From: Bifidobacterium sp.
GTDB taxonomy: Bacteria > Actinomycetota > Actinomycetes > Actinomycetales > Bifidobacteriaceae
Reading direction: 5' to 3'
Assembly (NCBI RefSeq): GCF_022640935.1
Contig: NZ_JALCCV010000002.1
Location: 52,331-116,330, forward strand
Length of the DNA: 64,000 bases
Numbering within the stretch: position 1 is the stretch's first letter; each line of letters starts with the position of its first letter. Both the position numbers and the translations under genes were made by a program. Under the pieces are notes generated by a model. The model worked only from the letters and a program-made list of their open reading frames with translations. It was not told the DNA's origin and did not search any database. Shown in pieces: positions 1 through 11,110 of this stretch.

Positions 1-168
1 GGCCTGTCGGTGGTGGCTTTCCTTGTCATCATGTGGCTGCCCAGCCATCCGTTGTGGCTCATCATCACGGTCAGCGCGGTGTTCGTCGTCGCAGTCCTGA
101 GCCTCTTCTTCGTGACAGGCGATCCGAGGCACAACCCCAATCTGGATGCCAACGGCACCGCCGTGTGA
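1..168 (+). CDS. 3' end of a membrane protein (partial, truncated by window edge)
   Basis: Frame 1 is open from base 1 to TGA at 166-168 and reads GLSVVAFLVIMWLPSHPLWLIITVSAVFVVAVLSLFFVTG..., two hydrophobic stretches. Confidence 0.6.
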   Translation, partial: GLSVVAFLVIMWLPSHPLWLIITVSAVFVVAVLSLFFVTGDPRHNPNLDANGTAV

Positions 169-315
169 GCAGAGCGGGACGGGCGGATCAGGCCGGGCAT
201 TTGACATCGCATCCCCTGAGTTCTTAATACCTGACTTCTAGATATCCGCGCACACGGTTTGCCGGTCGTAGACTTGAGTGATATACGCCCAACGAAGCGC
301 AACGAAGGAGCAAGC

Positions 316-1551
316 ATGAAAGTAGACATCCTGACCCGCGAATACCCTCCGCACATCTACGGCGGCGCGGGAGTCCACGTCGACGAGCTGGCGAAGGTGC
401 TGGCTGAACGCATCGACGTGACCGTGCGGGCGTTCGACGGGCCGCGCGCCTCTGAAGACGTTCCCGCGATACCGGGCCAAAATCCCAAGGGCTCGCTGCG
501 CGTGTTCGGCTATGATACCCCGGCCGAACTGGCGCAGGCCAACGCAGCGCTCAGGACGTTTGGCACCGATTTGCAGATGGCCAACGACGTCGACGCCGAC
601 TTGTCCCATGTCCATACGTGGTACGCGTGCCTCGCCGGGCGCCTGGCGCAGCAGCTGCACGAGGTGCCGATGGTGATCACCGCGCACAGCCTCGAACCCT
701 TCCGTCCTTGGAAGAAGGAGCAACTCGGAGGCGGCTACAACCTCAGCTCTTGGGCCGAACGTGACGCTTACGAGCACGCCGAGCGCATCATCGCCGTCTC
801 CGCAGGCATGCGCAATGATATTCTGAGCGCTTACCCGAATGTGGATCCCGGCAAGGTCGCCGTGGTGCACAACGGCATCACGCTCGCCGATTTTGCCACG
901 CCCGACGATGACGACGAAGGCTGGAAGGTCTTCGGGCGTTATCATATCGACCGCAGCAAACCCACACTGCTCTTCGTCGGCCGCATCACCCGGCAAAAAG
1001 GGCTGCCGTATCTGCTGCGGGCGCTGCACCTTATCGATAAGGACATCCAGGTCGTGCTGTGCGCCGGCGCGCCCGATACTCCGCAGATCGCCGACGAAGT
1101 GAAGTCGGCCTTCGCCCAGCTCAATGATCAGCGCGGCAATATCATCTGGATCGAGAAGATGCTGCCCAAGCCCGAGCTCAACGCGCTGGAGCATGGGTGC
1201 ACGGCCTTCGTGTGCCCGAGCATCTATGAGCCGTTGGGCATCGTGAACCTCGAGGCTATGGCCTGCAAACTTCCGGTTGTCGCCAGTGCCACGGGCGGCA
1301 TCCCCGAAGTGGTCGACGATGGCGTGACCGGCCTGCTGGTGCCGCTCGAACAGCTGCATGACGGCACCGGCACACCGACCGATCCGGATGCTTTCGTGCA
1401 CGATATGGCCCATGCCATCGACGAGATCATGGCCGACCCTGAGCGGGCCAAGGCCATGGGTCGCGCTGGCTACGAGCGCGCGCGCGACAGGTTCAGCTGG
1501 GAGTCCATCGCCGAGCGCACGATCGACGTGTACCGCGACGCGCTTCGATAG
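316..1551 (+). CDS. glgA: GT4 glycosyltransferase, actinobacterial GlgA/GlgM family (glycogen/maltose-1-phosphate synthesis)
   Basis: N-terminus MKVDILTREYPPHIYGGAGVHV; GT4 motif EPLGIVNLEAMA; RBS GAAGGAG before ATG 316. Confidence 0.88.
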   Translation: MKVDILTREYPPHIYGGAGVHVDELAKVLAERIDVTVRAFDGPRASEDVPAIPGQNPKGSLRVFGYDTPAELAQANAALRTFGTDLQMANDVDADLSHVHTWYACLAGRLAQQLHEVPMVITAHSLEPFRPWKKEQLGGGYNLSSWAERDAYEHAERIIAVSAGMRNDILSAYPNVDPGKVAVVHNGITLADFATPDDDDEGWKVFGRYHIDRSKPTLLFVGRITRQKGLPYLLRALHLIDKDIQVVLCAGAPDTPQIADEVKSAFAQLNDQRGNIIWIEKMLPKPELNALEHGCTAFVCPSIYEPLGIVNLEAMACKLPVVASATGGIPEVVDDGVTGLLVPLEQLHDGTGTPTDPDAFVHDMAHAIDEIMADPERAKAMGRAGYERARDRFSWESIAERTIDVYRDALR

Positions 1552-1626
1552 CGTGGCGATTCGGCGATTCGGTTTCGCCACGATGGTTGTCGACGATTAA
1601 CGGAAACATTATGGCGACAACGGTGT

Positions 1627-2562
1627 ATGACACGCCTTACCAAGGAGAATATGCGCATGGATGATGCGATTGCATTGCGGCTGTCCGGCGTGGAATTCCG
1701 CCGGCGCCGCCGCGTGATCCTCGCCGATGTGAATCTGGAGGTGGGCGCCGGGGAGAAGTGGATTCTGTTCGGCCCCAACGGCATTGGCAAATCCAGCCTC
1801 GTGCAGATGATGAGCACGCGCGGCTTCCCCTCTGCAGGCACGGTCGATATTCTCGGCAATCGGCTAGGCAAGGTCGATGTGTTCTCCTACCGCAACCGCA
1901 TCGGCCTGAGTTCGGTGGAGCTTTCACGGGCATTCCCGCCGCAGGAGGACCCGCTCGATGCAGTCGTCACCGCGCTGACTGCTACGACCGGGCGGTGGCG
2001 CGAGAGCTACGCGCCGGAGCAATTCGACCGGGCGCGTGCGCTCATGCGCCAGTTTGGCATCGCCTATCTTGAAGGCAAGCAGATGTTCAAGCTCTCCCAA
2101 GGCGAGCTGACACGCGTGCTCATCTGCCGGGCGCTGATGGCCGATCCTGATCTGCTGATCCTTGACGAACCGACCACTGGGCTCGACTTGGGAGGCAGGG
2201 AGCTGGCGTTGCAGGCGTTGAGCCGCATCGGCGAGCAGGACGGCGCCAGAACCGTGGTGCTGGTCACGCACCGGCTTGAAGAGATACCGCGCGGATTCGA
2301 CCATGTGGCGATCATGGGCCGGCGCGCTGGCAACGAGACCGATGCCTACGAGGCCAACGTCGCTGGCGGCGATCCGCAGCCAGGCACGATTCTGTACGCC
2401 GGAGGACTCGACCGCGGCTTCGCTGCAGGGCGCCTCAGCGCCATTTTCGGGCTGCCGCTGAAGGTCACGCATGAGGATGGCCGCTGGAATGCGTACTCGC
2501 GGACGGGCGGCGGGGGAGATACGGTTGGCGGTACAGAGGATATCCAGGAGATTCATGATTAG
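1627..2562 (+). CDS. ABC transporter ATP-binding protein
   Basis: Walker A GPNGIGKS, signature LSQGE, Walker B LLILDEPT, H-loop LVTH. Confidence 0.88.
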   Translation: MTRLTKENMRMDDAIALRLSGVEFRRRRRVILADVNLEVGAGEKWILFGPNGIGKSSLVQMMSTRGFPSAGTVDILGNRLGKVDVFSYRNRIGLSSVELSRAFPPQEDPLDAVVTALTATTGRWRESYAPEQFDRARALMRQFGIAYLEGKQMFKLSQGELTRVLICRALMADPDLLILDEPTTGLDLGGRELALQALSRIGEQDGARTVVLVTHRLEEIPRGFDHVAIMGRRAGNETDAYEANVAGGDPQPGTILYAGGLDRGFAAGRLSAIFGLPLKVTHEDGRWNAYSRTGGGGDTVGGTEDIQEIHD

Positions 2563-3721
2563 CCAAGGAACGACGCGCCTGTTGCAGGCCGGGGAAAAAG
2601 TCCAGTTCACCGACCGCAAGGGCAAACGCATCACTGAGCAGCTGATCGCCGACGGCACGACGCAGACCGAGCACGGGCTCATCCTGCACGATGACATCAT
2701 CGGCAGGACGGAAGGCATCGTCGTCACGACGGTTCATACCAAGCGGCGGATGGAATCGCAGGCGAATGAGGCTGCGCAATCCGAAAGGTCCGCGCAAGGC
2801 CAACAGCCTGTGCGCTCTGAAGAAGCTGCACGATCCGAACAACCGCCGCAACCAGAGCAGTCGTCGCGTGATGCTGGCAAACCTTGGAAATCCGCCCGGG
2901 CCATCGGCGGCTGGCAGTACGCGGTGATGCGGCCGAGGCTGGCCGACTATGTACTCTCGATGCCGCGCGGCGCACAGATCATGTATCCCAAGGACATCGC
3001 GCAGGTCATCCAGCTCGGCGACATCCGCAAGGGCATGAACGTGCTCGAATCGGGCGCCGGCTCTGGCGCGATGAGCGTGAATCTGCTCGATGCAGTGGGG
3101 GAGCGGGGCCAGCTGACCACGGTCGAGATGCGTGGCGAATTCGCCAAGATAGCGCAGGCGAACGCCGCGTTGTATTATGGAGGACAGCCTGACTGGTGGG
3201 ATCTCAAAGTCGGAGATTTCGATTCCGTCGCCGCCGGCTTGCCGGGCCATTCCTTCGACCGCATCGTGCTCGACATGCTCGACCCGTGGAATCGACTCGA
3301 ACAGGCTGGTCGGGTCATCGCCCCGGGCGGTGTGTTCGTGGCTTATATCACCACTACTACGCAGATGAGCCGACTCGTCGAGGCGCTGCGCGAGGCTGGT
3401 ACGTGGACTGAGCCCGAAATCCAGGAAACGCTCGAACGCGCGTGGAAGGCGCAAGGGCTTGCGGTGCGGCCGGATCACCAGATGATCGGGCATACCGGCT
3501 TTCTCGTGATCAGCCGCGCGATGGCTGAAGGTTTCGCGGCTTTGCGCAAACGCGATCGCGCTACGAAAGACACGCATACCGACATTGACTCGATGAGCAA
3601 CAAGGAGCGTGCCGCACAGCTCGAAGACTTGGAGCTGCGTGATATTTCCGATCGAAAACTGCGCAGGGTGCTGCGCGATCTGGATGCGCAAGTCGGCGCT
3701 TTGGGAACGACAGGACAGTGA
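2555..3721 (+). CDS. trmI: tRNA (adenine-58-N1)-methyltransferase
   Basis: MPRGAQIMYPKD, VLESGAGSGAMS (SAM-binding), LDMLDPW, VRPDHQMIGHTGF; RBS CAGGAG before ATG 2555. Confidence 0.9.
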   Translation: MISQGTTRLLQAGEKVQFTDRKGKRITEQLIADGTTQTEHGLILHDDIIGRTEGIVVTTVHTKRRMESQANEAAQSERSAQGQQPVRSEEAARSEQPPQPEQSSRDAGKPWKSARAIGGWQYAVMRPRLADYVLSMPRGAQIMYPKDIAQVIQLGDIRKGMNVLESGAGSGAMSVNLLDAVGERGQLTTVEMRGEFAKIAQANAALYYGGQPDWWDLKVGDFDSVAAGLPGHSFDRIVLDMLDPWNRLEQAGRVIAPGGVFVAYITTTTQMSRLVEALREAGTWTEPEIQETLERAWKAQGLAVRPDHQMIGHTGFLVISRAMAEGFAALRKRDRATKDTHTDIDSMSNKERAAQLEDLELRDISDRKLRRVLRDLDAQVGALGTTGQ

Positions 3722-3737
3722 GGACAGGAGCAAAGCC

Positions 3738-4295
3738 ATGGGAGTCAATCTGAAAAAGCTCGCCAAAAAAACGCGCCATTACGATCATGTGCTGCTGGTG
3801 ATGCGCCATGCCAAGGCCGAAGGATCCAGTGCCGAGGGCGATCACAGCCGCGAGCTGACCGACAAGGGCCGCAAACAGGCGAAGGCCGTCGCCAAAGGGC
3901 TGAACGATATGGACTTGGTTCCCGACCGCATCGCCTGCTCCAGCGCCACGCGCGCCGAGCAGACGTTGGATCGCATGCTCAAAGTCTTCGGCGACAAACC
4001 CAAGGTCGATTACCGCCAGAGTCTGTACGAAGACGGTATGCAGGCCGTGTTCGACGAGCTTGCGCACAGCAAGGAGAAGTCCCAGATTCTCATGATTCTG
4101 GGGCACGAACCAGCCGTGTCAATGGCGAGCCAGTGGCTGGCGAGCGAAGATTCGGACTCCGATCTCCTCGGCCTGCTCAACCTTGGCCTGTCGCCTGCAG
4201 CAGCGGTCGTCTTCGGCTCAAACAAGCCGTTCGACGCGTGGCAGACGCACGATGCCGAGCTCCTCGCGGTCCTCAATCCCAAGAACTTCGGGTGA
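3738..4295 (+). CDS. sixA: SixA-type phosphohistidine phosphatase (histidine phosphatase superfamily)
   Basis: LLVMRHAKAE (RHxK), RELTDKGRKQA, SSATRAEQT, ILGHEP; RBS GGAG. Confidence 0.82.
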   Translation: MGVNLKKLAKKTRHYDHVLLVMRHAKAEGSSAEGDHSRELTDKGRKQAKAVAKGLNDMDLVPDRIACSSATRAEQTLDRMLKVFGDKPKVDYRQSLYEDGMQAVFDELAHSKEKSQILMILGHEPAVSMASQWLASEDSDSDLLGLLNLGLSPAAAVVFGSNKPFDAWQTHDAELLAVLNPKNFG

Positions 4296-4469
4296 CTGGC
4301 GCGTGAAGGTGGCCGGCGTTTGCCCGCATGACACTGCCATGACCTGCTAGGCCCGTCAAGCGGGCTCGGCTGCGCCGCAGCGGCGGCACCCGGCGAAGGC
4401 ACACGGGATGGCTCATGCGACGATTCCATTGATGCCTGTTGCCATGATCAACGACCATTACTGAAATCG

Positions 4470-4495
4470 CGCCGTTATAAACCCGGTTTATGGCG
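4470..4495. promoter_or_regulatory. Palindrome upstream of metE, candidate transcription-factor site
   Basis: ATAAACC-C-GGTTTAT (4477-4491) flanked by CGCC...GGCG, about 85 bp before the metE ATG. Confidence 0.4.
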
Positions 4496-4576
4496 ACACC
4501 TTATCGCTGTCTATGCCCTGCAATGTCGTTTTTGTTGGTAGGCTAGGCCAGTTACCACTGTTGCATTGGAGGACGC

Positions 4577-6892
4577 ATGCCTGCTCTTACTTCCGTCTCG
4601 GGATTCCCGCGTATCGGGGCGAATCGTGAACTGAAGAAAATCATCGAAGGGTATTGGAAGGGCGCGAACTCGCTTGACGACGTCCGATCCACCGCCAAAG
4701 GGCTTCGTGCCAAGCACTGGAAGCTCCAGGCTGAGGCGGGCATCGACCTGATTCCCAGCAACGACTTCAGCTACTATGATCAGCTGCTCGACACCGCGAT
4801 TCTGCTCAATGCAGTGCCGCAGCGCTACCGGCGCCTCGCCTTCGAGAACGCCGAGGACACGTTGTTCGCCATCGGCCGTGGGTATCAAGGGGAGCGGGGG
4901 GACGTCACCGCCCTGCCGATGAAGAAGTGGTTCACCACGAACTACCATTACATCGTGCCGGAGATCGAGCCGTCGACCGACATCAGGCTCGTGGGCAGCA
5001 AACCCTTCGAGGAATTCGCCGAGGCGAAGGCGCTCGGCATCCTCACCAAGCCCGTGTTCATCGGGCCGTATACCTTCTTGAAGCTAGCCCGCAATCCGCA
5101 GGCCGAGGAGCTGAACTTCGACCACGGGCTCATCAACTCCACCGCCACGGCCTATGCCGAGATCCTGACCAAATTCGCCGCGCTTGGCGCGCAGTGGGTG
5201 CAGTTCGACGAGCCGTACCTGGTGCTGGACAAGGAGCCCGGCGACGTCGAGCTGTTCAAGGCGCTGTACACGAAGATCCTGCCCGCCCGTAATGGCGACG
5301 CCGGCAAGATCAAGCTGCTGCTGAATACATACTTCGGCCATATCGCCGACATCTATGAGACGGTGAACCTGTTCGGCTTCGACGGCGTCGGCCTCGATCT
5401 GATCGAAGGCAAGGACGAAAACCTCGCTGCGGTCGAGAAGTCCGGCGTCGCGCAGGATACGACGCTGTTCGCCGGCGTCATCAACGGCCGCAATATCTGG
5501 CGCAACGACTATGCGGTGTCCCTTGGTTTGATAGATGCGCTGAAGCAAAAGACGCACAACGTCGCCGTATCAACCGCAAGTTCGCTGCTGCACGTGCCCT
5601 TCAGCACGGCTGACGAGAGTGGGCTGGATGACGGTGTGCGCAGGCATTTCGCGTTCGCGGTCGAGAAGCTTGGCGAGCTCGGGGAAGTGGCCGAACTCGC
5701 GCAGCTTGATGACGACGCTAAGCGTTCGTCCCAGGCGCTTGAGAGCAACCAAGCGCTCTTCGACGGCACGCGCGTGGCCGAGGACCCGGCTGTCTACCGG
5801 CGTCTTGAGGCCCTGACCGACGCCGATTTCGTGCGCCAGCCGGCTCGCGCCGAGCGCCAGCGGCTGCAGCGCAAGGCGCTGAACCTGCCGTTGCTGCCCA
5901 CGACCACGATCGGCTCCTTCCCGCAGACCAAGGATGTGCGCGCGGAGCGCGCGAAGCTGCGCAAGGGCGAGATCGATCAGGCCTCGTATGATGCCTTCAT
6001 TCGCGGCAAGATCGACGAGGTCATCGCCCATCAGGAGCAGATCGGCCTCGATGTGCTCGTACACGGCGAATTCGAGCGCAACGACATGGTCGAATACTTT
6101 GGCCAGAATCTCAACGGCTTCCTCTTCACCAAGAACGCTTGGGTGCAGTCCTACGGCACGCGCTGCGTCAAGCCGCCCATCGTGTGGGGCGATGTGTCGC
6201 GCGCCAAGCCGATCACGGTCGAGTGGAGCGCCTACGCGCAAAGCCGCACGAGGCATTGGATGAAGGGCATGCTCACGGGCCCGGTAACGATTCTCAACTG
6301 GTCGTGGCCGCGCGAGGACGTGTCGCACGAGCTGCAGACCAAGCAGCTGGCGCTGGCCATCCGCGACGAAGTGCTGGACCTCGAAAAGGCCGGCATCCGT
6401 ATCATCCAGATCGACGAGGCCGCGTTGCGCGAGAAGCTGCCGCTGCGCAAAAGCGACTGGCATGCCAAGTACTTGGATTGGGCGGTTCCCGCCTTCCGCC
6501 TCGTGCATTCGGCTGTGCAGCCGACCACGCAGATCCACACGCATATGTGCTATTCGGAGTTCAATGACATCATCCGCGACATCGACGCGATGGACGCCGA
6601 CGTGATCTCCTTCGAGGCGTCGCGCGGCGACCTCGTGGTGTTGGACGCAATCCACGACGCCAACTTCGAGACCGAGGCCGGTCCCGGCGTCTACGACATC
6701 CATTCGCCGCGCATCCCCAGCGAGCATGAGCTGGAGGAGCGCATTGATGCGATTCTGGAGAAGATCGACGCCAGCAAGGTGTGGATCAACCCCGACTGCG
6801 GCTTGAAGACGCGCGGCAACGCCGAAACCTGGCCGAGCCTGACCAATCTGGTCGCAGCGGCGAGGGCCGAGCGCGCGAGGCTCGCCGGCTGA
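4577..6892 (+). CDS. metE: Cobalamin-independent methionine synthase
   Basis: [60 protein letters not shown]; 771 aa. Confidence 0.97.
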   Translation: MPALTSVSGFPRIGANRELKKIIEGYWKGANSLDDVRSTAKGLRAKHWKLQAEAGIDLIPSNDFSYYDQLLDTAILLNAVPQRYRRLAFENAEDTLFAIGRGYQGERGDVTALPMKKWFTTNYHYIVPEIEPSTDIRLVGSKPFEEFAEAKALGILTKPVFIGPYTFLKLARNPQAEELNFDHGLINSTATAYAEILTKFAALGAQWVQFDEPYLVLDKEPGDVELFKALYTKILPARNGDAGKIKLLLNTYFGHIADIYETVNLFGFDGVGLDLIEGKDENLAAVEKSGVAQDTTLFAGVINGRNIWRNDYAVSLGLIDALKQKTHNVAVSTASSLLHVPFSTADESGLDDGVRRHFAFAVEKLGELGEVAELAQLDDDAKRSSQALESNQALFDGTRVAEDPAVYRRLEALTDADFVRQPARAERQRLQRKALNLPLLPTTTIGSFPQTKDVRAERAKLRKGEIDQASYDAFIRGKIDEVIAHQEQIGLDVLVHGEFERNDMVEYFGQNLNGFLFTKNAWVQSYGTRCVKPPIVWGDVSRAKPITVEWSAYAQSRTRHWMKGMLTGPVTILNWSWPREDVSHELQTKQLALAIRDEVLDLEKAGIRIIQIDEAALREKLPLRKSDWHAKYLDWAVPAFRLVHSAVQPTTQIHTHMCYSEFNDIIRDIDAMDADVISFEASRGDLVVLDAIHDANFETEAGPGVYDIHSPRIPSEHELEERIDAILEKIDASKVWINPDCGLKTRGNAETWPSLTNLVAAARAERARLAG

Positions 6893-7773
6893 TGCACGCC
6901 CCGATGTTCTCCCTTGAGGTGTTCCCGCCCAAGCGCAACGCCCCGGTCGGCACGATCTACGACACTCTCGACGGTCTGCAGGGCGTTGACCCGGACTTTA
7001 TTTCCGTGACCTACGGACACGGCTCCCAATCGGACCGCACGGCGACCGCGCGCATCGCACATACAATCACTGCCGAGTACCGGATTCCGGCCGTCGCCCA
7101 TCTCACCGCGCAGTATCTTGACGAAGCACAGGCCGATGCCGCGCTCGACATGTTCGAGCAGGCGAATGTCAGCGCGGTGCTGGCGTTGCGAGGCGACAGA
7201 AATCCGGATCGCGAGCCGCTCGGCGTGTTCGAGCATGCGAGCGATCTGGCGGCCTACATCCGCCGGACCAGACCCGACATGACCGTGTTCGGCGCCTGCT
7301 ACCCGGAAAGCCATCCGCAGGCGCACGACCTGGACGAGGATATCCGAAACCTGAAGATCAAAGTGGATGCCGGTGCGACGCATCTGATTTCGCAGCTGTT
7401 CTATGACAACCAGGACTTTTTGCGTTTCCTCGACAAGGCCCGCGCCGCCGGCATCTGCGTGCCCATCGAAGCGGGCATCATGCCGGTGACCAATGCCGGC
7501 CAGGTGCGCCGCATGGTGCGCACTTGCTCCTCGCGCGTGCCTCAGCCCCTCGAAACATTGCTCGACAAATGGGGAAACGATCGCGAGGCACTGCCGGCCG
7601 CCGGCGTCGTCTATGCCTCTGAGCAGATCGCCGACCTTGTCGCGCGCGGCATCGACGGCATCCACCTTTACACGATGAACCATCCCAGCGTCACCCGAGG
7701 CATCTGGCGCAACGTCGGACTGCTGTTCAAAACGGCTGATGATGGATCGGAGGGTGAACGTTCCGACGACTGA
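6892..7773 (+). CDS. metF: 5,10-methylenetetrahydrofolate reductase
   Basis: FSLEVFPPK, FISVTYG, VLALRGD, LISQLFYDN, GIHLYTMN; ATG overlaps the metE stop (TGATG). Confidence 0.93.
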   Translation: MHAPMFSLEVFPPKRNAPVGTIYDTLDGLQGVDPDFISVTYGHGSQSDRTATARIAHTITAEYRIPAVAHLTAQYLDEAQADAALDMFEQANVSAVLALRGDRNPDREPLGVFEHASDLAAYIRRTRPDMTVFGACYPESHPQAHDLDEDIRNLKIKVDAGATHLISQLFYDNQDFLRFLDKARAAGICVPIEAGIMPVTNAGQVRRMVRTCSSRVPQPLETLLDKWGNDREALPAAGVVYASEQIADLVARGIDGIHLYTMNHPSVTRGIWRNVGLLFKTADDGSEGERSDD

Positions 7774-7801
7774 AAGCCCGGCTGTGGGTTAGCTGGGTTT
7801 T
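7774..7801 (+). terminator. Intrinsic terminator after metE-metF
   Basis: AAGCCCGGCT-loop-AGCTGGGTTTT directly after the stop. Confidence 0.55.
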
Positions 7802-7916
7802 GCGGGCTAAATATGCTTCACCCGTGCCGCCGTGTGCGTGCACATGTTTTCGGCGGCATTGGGCTATGGGGGTCGCCCAATGGCGCCGTCGACCGTGAGC
7901 GATGTAGATTGGTGCT

Positions 7917-10900
7917 ATGGACTGTGCAGCATTCGCCCCAGATACTCGTGACCTGATTCATTCAGGATTGCAGGATCTCGAAGGCGCCTCGCGGCTATTC
8001 GGCGAACTCGACGGTGAGGGCTGGGGGGCGGAACGGCTGCGCACGGTGCTTGCCGCGTTGCAACGCGCCTGCGACCCCGATATTGCGCTGCGGCATCTCG
8101 TCCGTATCGTCAAGGCTGGGCACGCCGCTCCCGATACGTTCTGGAACGAGCCGGCGGCGCTGCGGCGCTTGATCGGCGTGCTCGGCGCTTCGGATGCCAT
8201 GGGGACGCGAATGCGTTTTCGGCCGGCGCTGGTGGCGGCAGCGGCGCGTGACTCCTGCAACAGCCATCTGTTCAATCGGCGCCAGCGCCGCGCGCATATG
8301 CTGCAGGCGGTCGGGGCCGATCCCGCTGATCCTGTCGATTACGCTGGTTTCAACGATGGCCACGATCGCGGCAACCCCGCCCCTCCAGCCTCCACGCTGA
8401 GCCTTGCCGAGGCGACCAGTGCGTTGCGCCTGACCTATGATGACCAGCTTGCGGCGATTATGGCGCAGGATGTGGCGGCGGGCGACCCAGTGGATATCCA
8501 GCGCCGCATCAGCCTGGAGCTTTCCGATCTGGCTGATGCGGCGCTCGAAGGCGCGCTGGCCATTGCGCGGCATGAGGTCGAAGGCAGCGAACGCTGCCGG
8601 TTCGCGATCATCGGCATGGGCAAGCTCGGCGCCCGCGAATTGAATTACGTTTCCGACGTGGACTTGATCTATGTCGTAGAGCCTGCGGACGACGGCGCTG
8701 GCGGCGATGGCGACACTGACACGGGCCAACTCACCAGAATCGGTACGAGAATGGCCACGACCTTGCAGCGCGTGTGCCAATCCCTGGTTCCCGGGGTTGC
8801 TGCGCCGCCGCTATGGCAGATCGACGGCGGGCTGCGGCCTGAGGGCAAGGATGGCCCGCTGGTGCGCAGGCTCGCTTCGCACCGCGAGTACTATCGGCAG
8901 TGGGCGAGCAACTGGGAGTTCCAGGCATTGCTCAAGGCGCGTCCGGCAGCCGGGGACCCGCAATTGGGCGAGGCATACATGGCGATGACGAGACCGCTCG
9001 TCTGGACGGCGGCAAAGCGTGGCAACTTCGTCTACGACTGCCAGCAGATGCGCAAACGGGTCGAGGATCTGATCCCCGGTCCGCTCAAGGAACGCGAGAT
9101 CAAACTCGGCCGCGGCGGCTTGCGCGATGTGGAATTCACTGTTCAGATGCTGCAGCTGGTGCACGGCCGCACCGACGAATCTTTGCGCGTATCCGCGACC
9201 TTGGACGCGCTGCAGGCCCTCTCCGAAGGCGGATACGTTTCACGGCGGCAGGCGGCACGGCTTTCGCTCGATTATCGTTTCGAACGCGTGCTCGAACACC
9301 GCCAGCAGATGTGGGCGCTCAAGCGCACCCACCTGTTCCCTGATCTTGCTGCCGCGCCGGCCAATGGCGTGCGGCAGCGGGCAGCGACAGTTGAAACTCT
9401 CGATCGCAATCCCGAACTGCGTCGGCTCGCGCGGGCGTTCCGGCTGCTTCCCGATGCTTTAGCCGAACGGTTTGAAAGCACTCGCCAGGAAGTGCGGCGG
9501 ATGCACATGGATATCTACTATCGTCCGATGCTGCCGGTCAACGCCCAGCTCGACGACGACCAGATCGTACTGAGCAGGCAGGCGGCGCGCGACCGCTTCG
9601 CATCCATCGGCTTCGGTGACGTCGATGCCGCGATCCGCCATGTCTCCGCGTTGACCGAGGGCGTATCGCGCGCCGCCAAAATCAATCGCTTCCTGCTGCC
9701 CGCCGTGCTGCAGTGGCTAGGCGAGGGACAAAACCCCGACATGGGACTGCTCAACTGGCGGCGGCTTGAGGAGCATTTCGGCACCGGTAGTCCCTATCTC
9801 GGCTTCCTGCGCGATTCGCCGATGGCCGCACGACGCCTGTGCCATGTGCTCTCCAACTCGCGGTTCCTTGGCGATGCGCTCAACAAATCCGTGGAATCGA
9901 TCACGTGGCTGGGCAATGACGAGATGCTCCGTGCGCGTGACAGGGCGAGCTTGGACGTCCAATGTCATGCGACGATGGAACGGTACGCGGATTCCATCGC
10001 GGACTTCGCGCATTCATTGCGCGCCATGCGCCGCCACGAAATCGAACGCATCGGCCTGTCGTGGCTCAGCGGGGCCATGGATTCGGACTCATGTCTGACG
10101 GGCATGACGGATGTTTATGACGCCATCCTCGATGCCGCGCTTGCGTGGGCTATCCGCTCGCAGCGTCGGGCGCTGGGATACTGCGATCCTCCGGCGACCT
10201 TGTGCGTCATCGGCATGGGACGCTATGGCGGACGCGAGGTCAATTTCAGCTCCGATGCCGATGCGATTCTGATCTACCGCTCACGTGACGGCGCGTCGCA
10301 GGAGGATGCCGGGGCGTTTGCCCGTTCGGTTGTCGAAATGCTCAGGAACGTGGTGCTGGGGCCGGTCACGGTCGAACCGAAGATCGATCTCGACCTTGAC
10401 CTGCGTCCCGAAGGTAAGAACGGCCCGCTGGTGCGCTCCTATGCCTCCTGCGAGGAATACTATGCGCAGTGGGCCGCCACTTGGGAGCATCAGGCTCTGC
10501 TCAGAGCGCGCTTCGCCGCCGGGAACCAGCAGCTTGCCGAAGATTTTCTGCGCGATATTGCCGATCCCTTGCGGTACCCGAACGAACCAGTATCCGAATC
10601 CGCCGTGGCTGAAATCAGGAAGCTCAAGGCTCGCATGGAGTCCGAACGGCTGCCACGAGGCGTATCGAGGCAGCGGCATCTGAAGCTCGGCAGAGGAGGT
10701 CTGTCCGACGTTGAATGGACCGTACAACTCATGCAGCTATGCCACGCGGGGCAGAGCGAAGGGCTGCGCGTAAATTCGACGCTGGCGGCTTTGAATGAAC
10801 TGGAACGACTGGGCTGCATCGCATCCACGGACGCGCAAACACTGCGCCGGACTTGGCGCATGTGCACCGATGCACGCAACGGCAACTATCTGTGGACAGG

Positions 10901-11069
10901 CAGAGCCGTGCGAGCCGACATTCTGCCTGAAGATCTCGACTCCCTGGGGGCTATCGGCGTCTATCTGGGCTATGATTCGCACCACGGCCAGCATTTCGAA
11001 AACGACCTGCTCGCCACGATGCGCCAATGCCGCGAGGTCGTGGAGCGGCTGTTTTACGGGGAGCGGTGA
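7917..11069 (+). CDS. glnE: Bifunctional glutamine synthetase adenylyltransferase/adenylyl-removing enzyme
   Basis: Two nucleotidyltransferase domains (GMGKLGARELNYVSDVD; GMGRYGGREVNFSSDAD), twice LRPEGKxGPLVR, KLGRGGLxDVE; 1050 aa. Confidence 0.95.
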   Translation: MDCAAFAPDTRDLIHSGLQDLEGASRLFGELDGEGWGAERLRTVLAALQRACDPDIALRHLVRIVKAGHAAPDTFWNEPAALRRLIGVLGASDAMGTRMRFRPALVAAAARDSCNSHLFNRRQRRAHMLQAVGADPADPVDYAGFNDGHDRGNPAPPASTLSLAEATSALRLTYDDQLAAIMAQDVAAGDPVDIQRRISLELSDLADAALEGALAIARHEVEGSERCRFAIIGMGKLGARELNYVSDVDLIYVVEPADDGAGGDGDTDTGQLTRIGTRMATTLQRVCQSLVPGVAAPPLWQIDGGLRPEGKDGPLVRRLASHREYYRQWASNWEFQALLKARPAAGDPQLGEAYMAMTRPLVWTAAKRGNFVYDCQQMRKRVEDLIPGPLKEREIKLGRGGLRDVEFTVQMLQLVHGRTDESLRVSATLDALQALSEGGYVSRRQAARLSLDYRFERVLEHRQQMWALKRTHLFPDLAAAPANGVRQRAATVETLDRNPELRRLARAFRLLPDALAERFESTRQEVRRMHMDIYYRPMLPVNAQLDDDQIVLSRQAARDRFASIGFGDVDAAIRHVSALTEGVSRAAKINRFLLPAVLQWLGEGQNPDMGLLNWRRLEEHFGTGSPYLGFLRDSPMAARRLCHVLSNSRFLGDALNKSVESITWLGNDEMLRARDRASLDVQCHATMERYADSIADFAHSLRAMRRHEIERIGLSWLSGAMDSDSCLTGMTDVYDAILDAALAWAIRSQRRALGYCDPPATLCVIGMGRYGGREVNFSSDADAILIYRSRDGASQEDAGAFARSVVEMLRNVVLGPVTVEPKIDLDLDLRPEGKNGPLVRSYASCEEYYAQWAATWEHQALLRARFAAGNQQLAEDFLRDIADPLRYPNEPVSESAVAEIRKLKARMESERLPRGVSRQRHLKLGRGGLSDVEWTVQLMQLCHAGQSEGLRVNSTLAALNELERLGCIASTDAQTLRRTWRMCTDARNGNYLWTGRAVRADILPEDLDSLGAIGVYLGYDSHHGQHFENDLLATMRQCREVVERLFYGER

Positions 11070-11110
11070 TGGGTGAACAGCGCTTTTTGTGGTAAAGGCG
11101 TCGACTATAC

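Noticed and set aside
4296-4576. SAM or other riboswitch upstream of metE
   Set aside because: No conserved riboswitch core recognised; an Rfam scan would be needed.
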